Source of the DNA: an uncultured Bacilli bacterium
Lineage (GTDB): Bacteria; Bacillota_I; Bacilli_A; RF39; UBA660
Assembly (NCBI GenBank): GCA_934167665.1
Contig: CAKPLN010000003.1
Coordinates: 65,137 to 129,136, forward strand
Direction of reading: 5' to 3'
Length of the DNA stretch: 64,000 nucleotides
The position numbers and the translations under genes are program-made. This document shows positions 48,377 to 58,022 of the stretch, one piece after another. The notes under the pieces are model-generated. The model was not told the origin of the DNA. It made no database searches and saw nothing but the letters and a program-made list of their open reading frames with translations. How positions within the stretch are numbered: position 1 is the stretch's first letter; every line of letters begins with the position of its first letter.

Positions 48377-48856
48377 CCAACTCTTTCTAAAGGTTTTTAT
48401 GAATTCCTCTCTAGTACCAATATTTTTTTCAAAATAATTCTGACAAATTACATACCATTTGCGATTAAATAAGACATCATTTTGGTATTTGCTGTGGCAC
48501 TTTTCACATAAGGGTAATACAAACCCATACTTCATAGAGTTTTGACGATTACGTCCGGCAAAAATCTCATGCAAATGGTCTTTCTTATTTGAACATAGAT
48601 AACATTTATCCAAATTGTCAGTAAACACACTAAATCTATTTTTCTCTAATTTAGCCAGTTTAGCAGATTTCTTTTTCATTTTATATATTTTTTTATGCCG
48701 CAAAGTAGAATAATTTTGCATCTTATTATAATTAGAGTTGCAGTTATGCAGCTTATACTGATTGCAATTTCGACAGTCATTAGGTGTTATTTGCTTAGTT
48801 TTTATTTTACAGAATATAGTTTTATTAAATTTTTTTTTCATATATATACAGTTCAT
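48371..48856 (-). CDS. Cys/His-rich zinc-finger protein of unknown function (prophage-end moron)
   Basis: 161 aa with CxxC, C..C and HLHEIF...CEKCH motifs. Opposite strand at the prophage right end, typical of accessory/lysogenic-conversion genes. Confidence 0.4.
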   Translation of the reverse strand: MNCIYMKKKFNKTIFCKIKTKQITPNDCRNCNQYKLHNCNSNYNKMQNYSTLRHKKIYKMKKKSAKLAKLEKNRFSVFTDNLDKCYLCSNKKDHLHEIFAGRNRQNSMKYGFVLPLCEKCHSKYQNDVLFNRKWYVICQNYFEKNIGTREEFIKTFRKSWL

Positions 48857-48924
48857 TTTATTACCATTTATAAAGGTAATTAATAGTAATATTTTACCTA
48901 ATAAAAAACTTTTATTTATTCACA

Positions 48925-48994
48925 AATGATAGGAAATGATAGACAATGACTAGCAATGAAAAACAATGTATAGCAACGAATGACAATGAAATAC
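48925..48994. repeat. seven phased 10-bp direct repeats (AATGAnnnnn) beside attR; candidate integrase arm-type / IHF sites
   Basis: AATG at 48925, 935, 945, 955, 965 and 985, with AACG at 48975: an exact 10-bp period. Confidence 0.7.
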
Positions 48995-49007
48995 ATATAA
49001 TTTTGTA

Positions 49008-49057
49008 TTTCCTGTCTTCCCGACCATTATGAATTTAACGTTGATTATTCAACGTTT
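49008..49057 (+). repeat. attR: copy of tRNA-Pro 3' end plus host terminator hairpin
   Basis: TCCTGTCTTCCCGACCAT identical to 12351-12368. AACGTTGA-ttatt-TCAACGTT hairpin with a T7 run. Confidence 0.75.
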
Positions 49058-49131
49058 TTTTGTACCATAATGACTCTACCTAATTATCAAATATATTAAT
49101 ATTAAAATAAATAACTCATAGAATTAATTAG

Positions 49132-50196
49132 GTGATAAATTTGAAAACATTAAAAATTATAATAATATTGTTCCTAGCAATTATTATAATGCCCACTGCT
49201 AGAGCATTAGATTATTCATCATCTAGTATTGTTATAGATAAAAATAGTGGTCGCATACTTTATCAAAATAATTCCCATGAGAAAAGACTTATAGCATCAA
49301 CTACCAAAATATTAACCGCTATTATTGTAATAGAAAAAGGAAATTTAGATAGAGAAGTAACAGTAGGCCCAGAAGTACTTAAAATGTATGGTACCAATAT
49401 ATATATTGAAGTAGGGGAAAAATTAAAAGTAATAGATTTATTATATGGACTACTTCTTAGAAGTGGTAACGATGCCGCAGTAACATTAGCAGTCGCTACC
49501 TCAAAGACAGAAGAAAACTTTGTCGCCGAAATGAATCAAAAAGCCCAAGAAATAGGTATGAAAGATAGCATTTTCGCTAATCCCCATGGTCTCGATGAAG
49601 AAACTAAAAACTATTCAACAGCCTACGACATGGCCCTATTAATGCAGTATGCTAGTAAAAATCCTATTTTCAGTGAAATATCCGCTACCAAAAAATATAC
49701 TGTCTCAACTGGTAGTAAAACTTACCTTTGGTATAACCGCAATAAACTACTTACAAGATATAAATATTGTACAGGTGGTAAGAATGGCTATACCCCAAGT
49801 GCCGGAAAAACTTTAGTATCAACAGCCTCTAAAGATAACCTAGATTTAATTACTGTTAGTCTAAACGACAGTGATACATATACAACTCATGAAAAAATAG
49901 ATGACTATGTTTTCTCCAAATATAAAAATTATAAAATTATTGATAAAGATACCTTTAATATTGATAAAACATTTACAACAGATAAACTATATCTAAAAGA
50001 AGACTTTTGTTATCCTCTTACTGAAGAAGAAACCGAAAAAATAAAAACCATTGTTAATATTGATAATAAATCTAAGAAAGGTAATATAAATATCTATCTT
50101 GATAATAAAAAAATAGGTAGTTTAACTATATATAAAGAACAAGAAAAAAAAGAAGAGTCCTTCTTCTCTAAACTAAGATCACTCTTCCGTCGCTAA
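49132..50196 (+). CDS. D-alanyl-D-alanine carboxypeptidase (PBP5/DacB-like)
   Basis: Signal peptide, SxxK (ASTTK), SGN (RSGND) and KTG-like motifs. Likely TTG start at 49141 after an AGGTGA RBS. Confidence 0.75.
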   Translation: MINLKTLKIIIILFLAIIIMPTARALDYSSSSIVIDKNSGRILYQNNSHEKRLIASTTKILTAIIVIEKGNLDREVTVGPEVLKMYGTNIYIEVGEKLKVIDLLYGLLLRSGNDAAVTLAVATSKTEENFVAEMNQKAQEIGMKDSIFANPHGLDEETKNYSTAYDMALLMQYASKNPIFSEISATKKYTVSTGSKTYLWYNRNKLLTRYKYCTGGKNGYTPSAGKTLVSTASKDNLDLITVSLNDSDTYTTHEKIDDYVFSKYKNYKIIDKDTFNIDKTFTTDKLYLKEDFCYPLTEEETEKIKTIVNIDNKSKKGNINIYLDNKKIGSLTIYKEQEKKEESFFSKLRSLFRR

Positions 50197-51126
50197 TCTA
50201 AAAAAGTTAAAACTAGGATGACAAAATAGTCTAATACCATAACCATTAGTACCAATACCACCAGAAACATATAACTTGCTATTATCAATTTCATAATATT
50301 CTTCATTATAAGTTAATGCTCCATCTATTTTATAAGGAGACTTTAAGAAAGGAATATTAATACTATTATTATGAGAGTGTCCTGCTAAAAATAAATCAGT
50401 AGTATATTTATCTTTAATGTCATTAACTAAATCAGGCTCATGTATCAACGAAATAGTATAAATATTGCTATTATAGACTTCACTATTATAATAACTATAG
50501 GCCTTATCAATGTCACTTGCCAAACCTAATTTACTAGAGACACCAACAATTAAAATAGGTTCATTTGAATTATTATATACCAAATCATAATCATTATTTA
50601 ATATTGAAAAACCACTTTGATTAAATATAGTTAAGAATTCCTCTTTATCTTCTTCCCCAGTAATAGCGTATTTACTAATACCAGCCTCAATTTTAGTTAA
50701 CTCTTTAATTAATAATTCCTGCTCATCAGACTTTAAATCATAACCTTTATTAATTAAATCCCCAGTAAAAACAACAATATCTGGCTTTCTCTCATTAATC
50801 ATTTTAACTAATCTCTTAACATCATCTATAAAAATAGTACTTCCATAATGGAGATCAGAAAATTGTACTACTTTAACCCCATCAAAACTACTAGGAATTT
50901 TACTACTTACAATTCTATCTTCTCGAACAATAATCATTTTAGTAGAAATATATTTATTATACGAATAAAAAATAATAGCTAAAGTTGAAAATATAACTAT
51001 AAATTTGAAAATAATCATAAAGATTTTTTTTTGTTTTTTACGTCTAAGTTCATAAGATACAGCCTTCTGCCGACTCTTATTTAATTCTTCACGAGTCACA
51101 ATCATCACCTTATTATATTGTAACAC
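50179..51126 (-). CDS. membrane-anchored metallophosphoesterase (calcineurin-like)
   Basis: VVQFSDLHYG, GDLIN and GHSHN motifs. Confidence 0.7.
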   Translation of the reverse strand: MLQYNKVMIVTREELNKSRQKAVSYELRRKKQKKIFMIIFKFIVIFSTLAIIFYSYNKYISTKMIIVREDRIVSSKIPSSFDGVKVVQFSDLHYGSTIFIDDVKRLVKMINERKPDIVVFTGDLINKGYDLKSDEQELLIKELTKIEAGISKYAITGEEDKEEFLTIFNQSGFSILNNDYDLVYNNSNEPILIVGVSSKLGLASDIDKAYSYYNSEVYNSNIYTISLIHEPDLVNDIKDKYTTDLFLAGHSHNNSINIPFLKSPYKIDGALTYNEEYYEIDNSKLYVSGGIGTNGYGIRLFCHPSFNFFRLATEE

Positions 51127-51218
51127 ACGTTTATTAATAAAAAAATTAAATAATTATAAGTTTATAAAAATCTTAAATTATGTTAAAATAAATCTATATA
51201 TAAAATAAGGAGTCAATT

Positions 51219-51914
51219 ATGAAGAATAAAATATTAGTTACTACTGTAATCTTACTTTTACTATTAACACTTACTGCTTGTTCTAAAGGAAAGAAAACTA
51301 CTACTGAAGATCTTTTAAATATAGACTATAATGTTGAAGGACATGAGACAACTCTTTCTAAATATGATACTACTAATCCAGTTGTTGCCTTATACCTTGA
51401 AAATTATGGTTCTATTGTGATTGAATTATATAAAGACGTCGCTACCAACACGGTAAACAATTTTATTTATCTTGTAGAAACAGGTTTTTATGATAATAAT
51501 ACCTTTCATAGACTTGTACCAAACTTTGTTTTACAAGGAGGAGATCCTACTGGAACTGGTATGGGAGATCCTGGCTATAAAATCAAAGGGGAATTTAAAA
51601 GTAATGGTTATGAAAATAATCTAAAACATACTAAGTGGGTTGTTTCTATGGCTAGAGCTTCTTACTCTAATGACACAGCTGGTTCTCAATTCTTTATTAT
51701 GTTAGATGATGCTGATTATTTAGATGGAGAATATGCTGCTTTTGGTAAAGTGATAGATGGCTATGAAAATATTGAAAAAATAGTTAAAAATGAACGTATC
51801 GCTGATCAAGAAACAGGTAAACTACAAAAGAACATAAAAATCAAAAAAGCCCTTGTAGATTTAAAAGGACTAACATATGAAGAACCAGAAAAGATTATTA
51901 CCAATGCCAAATAG
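51219..51914 (+). CDS. peptidyl-prolyl cis-trans isomerase (cyclophilin-type) lipoprotein
   Basis: Lipobox LTAC. FHRLVPNFVLQGGDP signature. Confidence 0.8.
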   Translation: MKNKILVTTVILLLLLTLTACSKGKKTTTEDLLNIDYNVEGHETTLSKYDTTNPVVALYLENYGSIVIELYKDVATNTVNNFIYLVETGFYDNNTFHRLVPNFVLQGGDPTGTGMGDPGYKIKGEFKSNGYENNLKHTKWVVSMARASYSNDTAGSQFFIMLDDADYLDGEYAAFGKVIDGYENIEKIVKNERIADQETGKLQKNIKIKKALVDLKGLTYEEPEKIITNAK

Positions 51915-51939
51915 AAAATAAACACTAAACTATTGAAAT

Positions 51940-52190
51940 ATAATATTATTTAAGATATAATAGCAACTAGATGTGATGAGTCTGAGGAGTAAATATTTAT
52001 TCATACATAGAGAGTTAATGGTTGGTGTAAATTAACTATGATTAATATTGAAGGTAGCAGATGAACATGATTTCCGAAACTAAGTAGGTTATCCCGGATT
52101 ATTCCGTTATAAAGAAGAGGATATCATAAGATATCAAATTAAGGTGGTACCACGAAAATCTCGTCCTTTAAGGATTGAGATTTTTTTTAA
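51940..52190 (+). ncRNA. T-box riboswitch leader (tRNA-Val-responsive, for valS)
   Basis: T-box sequence AAATTAAGGTGGTACCACG (52137-52155) followed by a terminator hairpin AAAATCTCGTCC...GGATTGAGATTTT and a T-run. Confidence 0.6.
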
Positions 52191-52209
52191 TTAAAAAAGG
52201 AGTGATATT

Positions 52210-54762
52210 ATGTTAGATAAAAAATATAATCATAAAGAAGTAGAAAAAGATAAATATAATTCTTGGAAAGAAAAAGGCTATTTTAACGCAACACCAGATA
52301 GTAATAAGAAACCATTTTGTATAGTTCTTCCACCTCCTAATGTTACTGGTGTCTTACATTTAGGCCATGCTTGGGATGTAACTCTTCAAGATATCATCGT
52401 TAGATATAAGAGAATGCAAGGGTATGACACTTTATGGCTTCCTGGAATGGACCATGCCGCAATTGCAACTGAAGCTAAAGTAGTTAAAAGACTAAAAGAT
52501 CAAGGTAGTGAAAAATATGCGATAGGAAGAGAAAAATTTATTGAAGAATGCTGGAAATGGACTCATGAACATTCTGACATAATTAGAACTCAATGGGCTA
52601 AATTAGGTATATCTCTTGATTATACAAAAGAAAGATTTACTCTTGATGAAGTTATAGAAAAAGCTGTCAAAAAAGTGTTTGTTGACTACTATAACAAAGG
52701 TTTAATCTATCGTGGTGAAAAGATTATTAACTGGGACCCAGCTGCCAAAACAGCCCTATCAAATGAAGAAGTAATTTATAAAGAAGAAAAAAGTGCTTTT
52801 TATCATCTAAAATATCAACTAGAAGGAACAGACAAATTTATAGATGTCGCAACAACTAGACCAGAAACCTTATTTGGTGATACTGCTGTTGCGGTTAATG
52901 AACAAGATGAACGATATAAAGACTTTGTTGGTAAAAATGTTATTCTACCACTAGTAAATAAAAAAATACCTGTAATAACAGATGAACATGCTGATATGAC
53001 TAAAGGTACTGGTGCCGTTAAGATTACTCCAGCTCATGACCCTAATGACTTCGAAGTAGGTAATAGACACAACTTAGAAAGAATTCAAATTATGAATGAT
53101 GATGCTACTATGAATGAAAACTGTCCTACCAAGTATCAAGGTCTAACAAGAGAAGAGTGCCGAGAAGAGGTATTAAAAGATTTAAAAGAACAAGGCTTAT
53201 TACTAAAGATAGAACCACTTGTTCATGAAGTTGGCCACTCTGAAAGAACTGGTGTTATGGTTGAACCAATGCTAAAAAAACAATGGTTTGTTAAAATGCG
53301 TCCATTAGCTGATAAAGTATTAGAAAATCAAAAGAATAAAGATACTAAAGTTCATTTTGTTCCATCTCGCTATGAGAAAACAATGAATCATTGGATGGAA
53401 ATTACTTATGACTGGTGTATTTCAAGACAACTATGGTGGGGACATAGAATCCCAGCTTGGTATAAAGATGATGAAGTATACGTTGGTATTAGTGCCCCAA
53501 CTGGTGAAGGTTGGCATCAAGATGAAGATGTATTAGACACTTGGTTTTCAAGCGCTTTATGGCCATTCGCAACTCTAGGTTGGCCAGATAAAACGCCTCT
53601 TTTAGAAAGATACTATCCTAACAATGTTTTAGTAACTGGTTATGATATTATTCCATTCTGGGTAAATAGAATGACTTTCCAAGGAGAAGAATTATTAGGT
53701 AAGAGACCTTTCCAAGATTGCTTAATTCATGGTCTTATAAGAGACAAAGAAGGTCGTAAGATGTCTAAGTCGCTTGGTAACGGTGTTGATCCAATGGATG
53801 TTATTGAAGAATATGGTTGTGATGCCCTAAGATATTTCCTAACTACAAATTCAGCTCCTGGTATGGATTTACGTTATGATGAAGAAAAAGTAAAATCATC
53901 TTGGAACTTTATTAATAAACTTTGGAATGCTTCACGTTTCGTATTAATGAACATCGAAAATATTAAAACTAAAGAATTTAATCACCAAGATCTAAGTCTA
54001 GCTGATAAATGGATTCTAACTAAAAAGAATAATCTAATTAAAAGCGTTACTAAGAGTATGAATAAATATGATTTCCACAATGTTGGAAATGAACTATACA
54101 CTTTTATATGGAATGATTTCTGTGATTGGTACATTGAATTAACTAAGGCCAATATGACTGATACTACTAAAGCAGTTTTATTAACAACATTAACTGATAT
54201 CTTAAAATTATTACATCCATTTATGCCTTACGTAACAGAAGAAATATACAGTATGTTACCAATTAAGGATCAGGCGTCTATTATGATTTCCTCTTATCCA
54301 GAATATGATAAAACATTAGTATTTAAAACAGAAAGTGAACAATTAGAAAGTATATTAACAGATATAGTTTCAATTCGTAATTTAAAAGCTTCAAATAAAG
54401 TAACTAAAGATTCTTTAGTAAATATAAAATGCTCAAATGAACTATTCAATAATATCTTTATTTCTCAATTAAAAATAGCTCCAGAAAGCATTTGTATAGA
54501 GCCAAAAGAGGATATGGCAAGTTGTAATTATAAATCAGCTAATATCAATATTACCTATTATTTTGAACACGAAAAAATAGACACTAAAGCTCTTGAAGAA
54601 GAATTTGAAAAATTAACTCAGTCAATTAAAAGACGTGAAGGCTTATTAGCTAATGAAAATTATGTTAATAAAGCTCCTGCTAATATAGTTGAACTTGATC
54701 GTAAAAAACTAAAAGAAGAACAAGAAAAACTAGCATACTTAAAAGAACAACTTGGAAAATAA
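52210..54762 (+). CDS. valS: valyl-tRNA synthetase
   Basis: HIGH-type (HLGHAW) and KMSKS motifs. 850 aa. C-terminal coiled coil. Confidence 0.9.
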   Translation: MLDKKYNHKEVEKDKYNSWKEKGYFNATPDSNKKPFCIVLPPPNVTGVLHLGHAWDVTLQDIIVRYKRMQGYDTLWLPGMDHAAIATEAKVVKRLKDQGSEKYAIGREKFIEECWKWTHEHSDIIRTQWAKLGISLDYTKERFTLDEVIEKAVKKVFVDYYNKGLIYRGEKIINWDPAAKTALSNEEVIYKEEKSAFYHLKYQLEGTDKFIDVATTRPETLFGDTAVAVNEQDERYKDFVGKNVILPLVNKKIPVITDEHADMTKGTGAVKITPAHDPNDFEVGNRHNLERIQIMNDDATMNENCPTKYQGLTREECREEVLKDLKEQGLLLKIEPLVHEVGHSERTGVMVEPMLKKQWFVKMRPLADKVLENQKNKDTKVHFVPSRYEKTMNHWMEITYDWCISRQLWWGHRIPAWYKDDEVYVGISAPTGEGWHQDEDVLDTWFSSALWPFATLGWPDKTPLLERYYPNNVLVTGYDIIPFWVNRMTFQGEELLGKRPFQDCLIHGLIRDKEGRKMSKSLGNGVDPMDVIEEYGCDALRYFLTTNSAPGMDLRYDEEKVKSSWNFINKLWNASRFVLMNIENIKTKEFNHQDLSLADKWILTKKNNLIKSVTKSMNKYDFHNVGNELYTFIWNDFCDWYIELTKANMTDTTKAVLLTTLTDILKLLHPFMPYVTEEIYSMLPIKDQASIMISSYPEYDKTLVFKTESEQLESILTDIVSIRNLKASNKVTKDSLVNIKCSNELFNNIFISQLKIAPESICIEPKEDMASCNYKSANINITYYFEHEKIDTKALEEEFEKLTQSIKRREGLLANENYVNKAPANIVELDRKKLKEEQEKLAYLKEQLGK

Positions 54763-54766
54763 TGAT

Positions 54767-54792
54767 GTAGGTTTATACCTACATTTTTTTTA
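54767..54792 (+). terminator. rho-independent terminator after valS
   Basis: GTAGGTTTATACCTAC hairpin followed by a T8 run. Confidence 0.6.
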
Positions 54793-54863
54793 TAATTTTT
54801 TATTTAATATACTATTCGACAAAATACTTCCTTATAAAATGTTAAATTAATACTGGTGATTAC

Positions 54864-55316
54864 ATGAAAAAGACATTTTTACTAAGTATATTTTTTATTA
54901 CTCTTGGTACTATTCTAGGAATATTCTTAAGAAATAGTTATAAAGATAATCTCTTAGGAGCCTTTGGTGAAGGCAAAATATATTATTTTCTTCAAGAGGG
55001 AGTCTATTCTAATAAAGACATAATGACAGAAAATACTAAGGATCTTAATATAAAATTAGTTAATGAAGAAAACGGTAAATATTATGTATATTTAGGTATA
55101 ACTAGAGATGAAGAAAATGTCAAAAAAATAAAAGAAATATATAATACTAAAGGTTATCAACTATATATTAAAGAAATTAATCTTTCTAATGAAGAATTTT
55201 ATAATAATGTAACACAGTTTGATCTTTTAATAAAAAACACTACTAAAGAAGAAGAAATATTAACTATAGAGGAGGTTGTATTAGCTAATTATGAAGAAAT
55301 AATTAAAAAACAATAA
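54864..55316 (+). CDS. hypothetical membrane-anchored protein
   Basis: N-terminal TM helix. Confidence 0.35.
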   Translation: MKKTFLLSIFFITLGTILGIFLRNSYKDNLLGAFGEGKIYYFLQEGVYSNKDIMTENTKDLNIKLVNEENGKYYVYLGITRDEENVKKIKEIYNTKGYQLYIKEINLSNEEFYNNVTQFDLLIKNTTKEEEILTIEEVVLANYEEIIKKQ

Positions 55317-55349
55317 ATATTAATATTATTTGCTAATAATATAGTAGAG

Positions 55350-56045
55350 GTGATTTTTATTAACTACAAAATAAAAGATATACCTAAACTAGAACGCCCT
55401 AGAGAACGCTTAAAAGAAGTAGGAGCAAGTAATCTTACTGATAAAGAGTTATTAGCAATAATCCTAAAAACAGGTACTAAAAACTATAGTGTTAATGATT
55501 TAGCTATTGAAATATTAAGAAAATATTCTCTTCAAGAACTACCTAATATTACAATAAATGAATTAATTAAAATAAAAGGTATAGGTGAAGTAAAAGCTAT
55601 AGAGTTACTAAGTACTATTGAACTTGGCAAAAGAATTTATCTAAAACCTAAAGTGAATTTAAAGAAAATGACTAATCCTAAAGACATTTGGGAAAGTACT
55701 AAATATCTTTTTGTTAATAAAAAACAAGAATTATTCTACTGTTTATATTTTAATAATCAGCAAGAACTTATAGAAAGGAAATTATTATTTATGGGAACTA
55801 TTAATAAAAGTATAACTCATCCAAGAGAAGTATTTAAAGAAGCCTATCGTCTAAGTGCTTCCAGTATTATTTGTCTGCACAATCATCCAAGTGGTAACTT
55901 AACGCCAAGTGAGGCTGACATAAATTTTACTAAAGCTATTGTAAAAGTTGGTAATATTCAAGGCATACCTGTTCTGGATCATATTATTGTTAATGAAGAT
56001 TCATTTTATAGCTTTTATGATCATCAAAATATTTTAAATATCTAA
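55350..56045 (+). CDS. radC: RadC-family JAB-domain protein
   Basis: IKDIPKLERPRERL N-terminus and HNHPSG JAMM motif. Start uncertain (GTG 55350 abuts the RBS; ATT 55359 possible). Confidence 0.7.
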   Translation: MIFINYKIKDIPKLERPRERLKEVGASNLTDKELLAIILKTGTKNYSVNDLAIEILRKYSLQELPNITINELIKIKGIGEVKAIELLSTIELGKRIYLKPKVNLKKMTNPKDIWESTKYLFVNKKQELFYCLYFNNQQELIERKLLFMGTINKSITHPREVFKEAYRLSASSIICLHNHPSGNLTPSEADINFTKAIVKVGNIQGIPVLDHIIVNEDSFYSFYDHQNILNI

Positions 56046-56085
56046 TTGTAAGAGTTAAAAATTAAATATATAATTAAAAATAGGA

Positions 56086-56895
56086 GTGACCAATATGTAC
56101 CCAAAAAAGCCTAAATTATCAAATAAAAATAAACTCTTATATACTATTATTACATTAGTAGTTATTATAGCTTTAACAATATCATTAAATCCAAATAGAG
56201 AACCTAACTTTATTGAAAACATCTTAAAGAAAGTTCCTACTTTAGTAAATAAAACTATAACAATACCATTTACTAAAGCAGTAAGTAAAAATGAACAAAA
56301 TCAAGATGAAAATTACTTAATCCAAAAGAATTTAAATGCTGCTCTTAATCAAGAAATATCAGAACTAAAAAGCCTCTTAGAACTTAATAAAACTCTAACA
56401 GAATATGAAGTAGAAAATGCTACAACATTATCAAGAAATAAAAGTTATTGGTTTAATACTATAACTATTGATAAAGGTAAAAAAGATGGTATTAAAAAGG
56501 ATATGGCTGTAATTACAAGTAATGGTCTAATTGGCAAAATCAATAAAGTTTATAGTAACTCCAGTGAAGTAAAATTAATAACATCTAATGATGCTAATTA
56601 TAAAATAAGTGTTTCAATCAGAATAAATGGTGTTGATAACTACGCTATATTAAACGGCTATAATCAAGAAAAGAACCTTTTAAAGGTAACCGGTGTTTCT
56701 AAAACAATAAGTATAAATAAAGGTGATGCTGTTTTAACAAGTGGATTAGGAGAATTATTCCCAGCTGGTATTTTCATAGGTGAAGTTAGTGAAATAGAAA
56801 ATGATAAATACGACTTAAGTAAAAATGTTTATATAAAGACTAATCAAGATTTTAATAGTATTCATTATGTAAGCGTTTTAAAGGAGAAAAAATAA
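56086..56895 (+). CDS. mreC: rod shape-determining protein MreC
   Basis: N-terminal TM helix, coiled coil, conserved GLIGKI segment. Follows radC. Confidence 0.7.
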   Translation: MTNMYPKKPKLSNKNKLLYTIITLVVIIALTISLNPNREPNFIENILKKVPTLVNKTITIPFTKAVSKNEQNQDENYLIQKNLNAALNQEISELKSLLELNKTLTEYEVENATTLSRNKSYWFNTITIDKGKKDGIKKDMAVITSNGLIGKINKVYSNSSEVKLITSNDANYKISVSIRINGVDNYAILNGYNQEKNLLKVTGVSKTISINKGDAVLTSGLGELFPAGIFIGEVSEIENDKYDLSKNVYIKTNQDFNSIHYVSVLKEKK

Positions 56896-56896
56896 T

Positions 56897-57403
56897 ATGT
56901 TACCTATAATAATAGTTTTAATATCCCTTCTTTTAGATGGCTTTCTTACTAATATTTTGCCCTATACAGTAGAAAATCTTTCACTATTAACACCATCACT
57001 AACATTAATAAGTCTTCTTCTTATTTATCCCTTTTATAGAAAAAAAGAAATGAAATATACTATATTAATTCTTATAACCGGGGTAATATATGACTTATTA
57101 TATACAAATTTATTATTCTTTAATGCCATATTATTTTATATTGTTATAAGAATAATGCAATATATATACAAAAATTACGAAATTAACTATTTTACAATTA
57201 TCATAAATACTATAATAGCTATAACTACTTATGAAGTATTACAAGTTATTATAATATCAATATATAACCTATATCCTATAACACTATATAGTTTAGTTTA
57301 TAAAATAAAAAGTAGCTTGCTTCTAAATATTATCTATGCTGAATTAATCTATTTTATTATAAGTATTATTCCTAGAAAATATCGTAAAATAAATATCAAT
57401 TAG
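56897..57403 (+). CDS. mreD: rod shape-determining protein MreD
   Basis: Polytopic membrane protein directly after mreC. Confidence 0.55.
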   Translation: MLPIIIVLISLLLDGFLTNILPYTVENLSLLTPSLTLISLLLIYPFYRKKEMKYTILILITGVIYDLLYTNLLFFNAILFYIVIRIMQYIYKNYEINYFTIIINTIIAITTYEVLQVIIISIYNLYPITLYSLVYKIKSSLLLNIIYAELIYFIISIIPRKYRKININ

Positions 57404-57449
57404 TATATTTATTTTTTATTTTGCATATCATTTGTTAAGGAGAATCAAT

Positions 57450-58022
57450 ATGCAAAATAAAACTATAAAGAAAAAACTAGTATTAAAGAAAAACATTCGT
57501 AGAATTATAAATCAAACACTATTAGCTATAATTATAACTTTAATTAGCTTAATCGCCGTTAAAAAAGAACCTAATTTAAAAAATATATTAATTGAAAATG
57601 TTTATGAAAAAAGTTTTAAATTTACTAAGGCTAGGGAATTATATAAAAAGTATTTTGGTTCACTAATACCTATTGAAAAAATTTTAAAAGAAGAAAAACC
57701 TGTCTTTAATGAAAAATTATCTTACACCTCTAAAAATGCTTATAAAGATGGTGTGGCTTTAAAAGTAACTGATAATTATTTAGTACCAGCTTTAGAAAGT
57801 GGGGTAGTTGTTTTTATTGGTGAAAAATCAGATTACGGAACTACTCTAATTATAGAACAGACTGATGGAATAGCAGTATTCTATTCAAATATAAATTTTG
57901 TTGATATAAAGTTATACGATTATATTGAAAAAGGTGAATTATTAGGTGAGGCAATAGATAGTAAAATTTATTTAGTATTTTCTAAAGATGGAGCCTATTT
58001 AGATTATAAAAACTATCTCTAA
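57450..58022 (+). CDS. SpoIVFA-like membrane protein with degenerate M23/LytM domain
   Basis: TM helix plus C-terminal LytM-like fold. AAGGAGA RBS in front of MQNKTIKK. Upstream of an S2P protease, matching the spoIVFA-spoIVFB arrangement. Confidence 0.45.
   Translation: MQNKTIKKKLVLKKNIRRIINQTLLAIIITLISLIAVKKEPNLKNILIENVYEKSFKFTKARELYKKYFGSLIPIEKILKEEKPVFNEKLSYTSKNAYKDGVALKVTDNYLVPALESGVVVFIGEKSDYGTTLIIEQTDGIAVFYSNINFVDIKLYDYIEKGELLGEAIDSKIYLVFSKDGAYLDYKNYL

Larger units (their letters stand above)
12351..49057. mobile_element. integrated siphovirus-like temperate prophage (~36.7 kb) in tRNA-Pro
   Basis: Flanking direct repeats, an integrase adjacent to the tRNA, and a complete lysogeny, replication, packaging, head, tail and lysis gene order. 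Confidence 0.85.
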
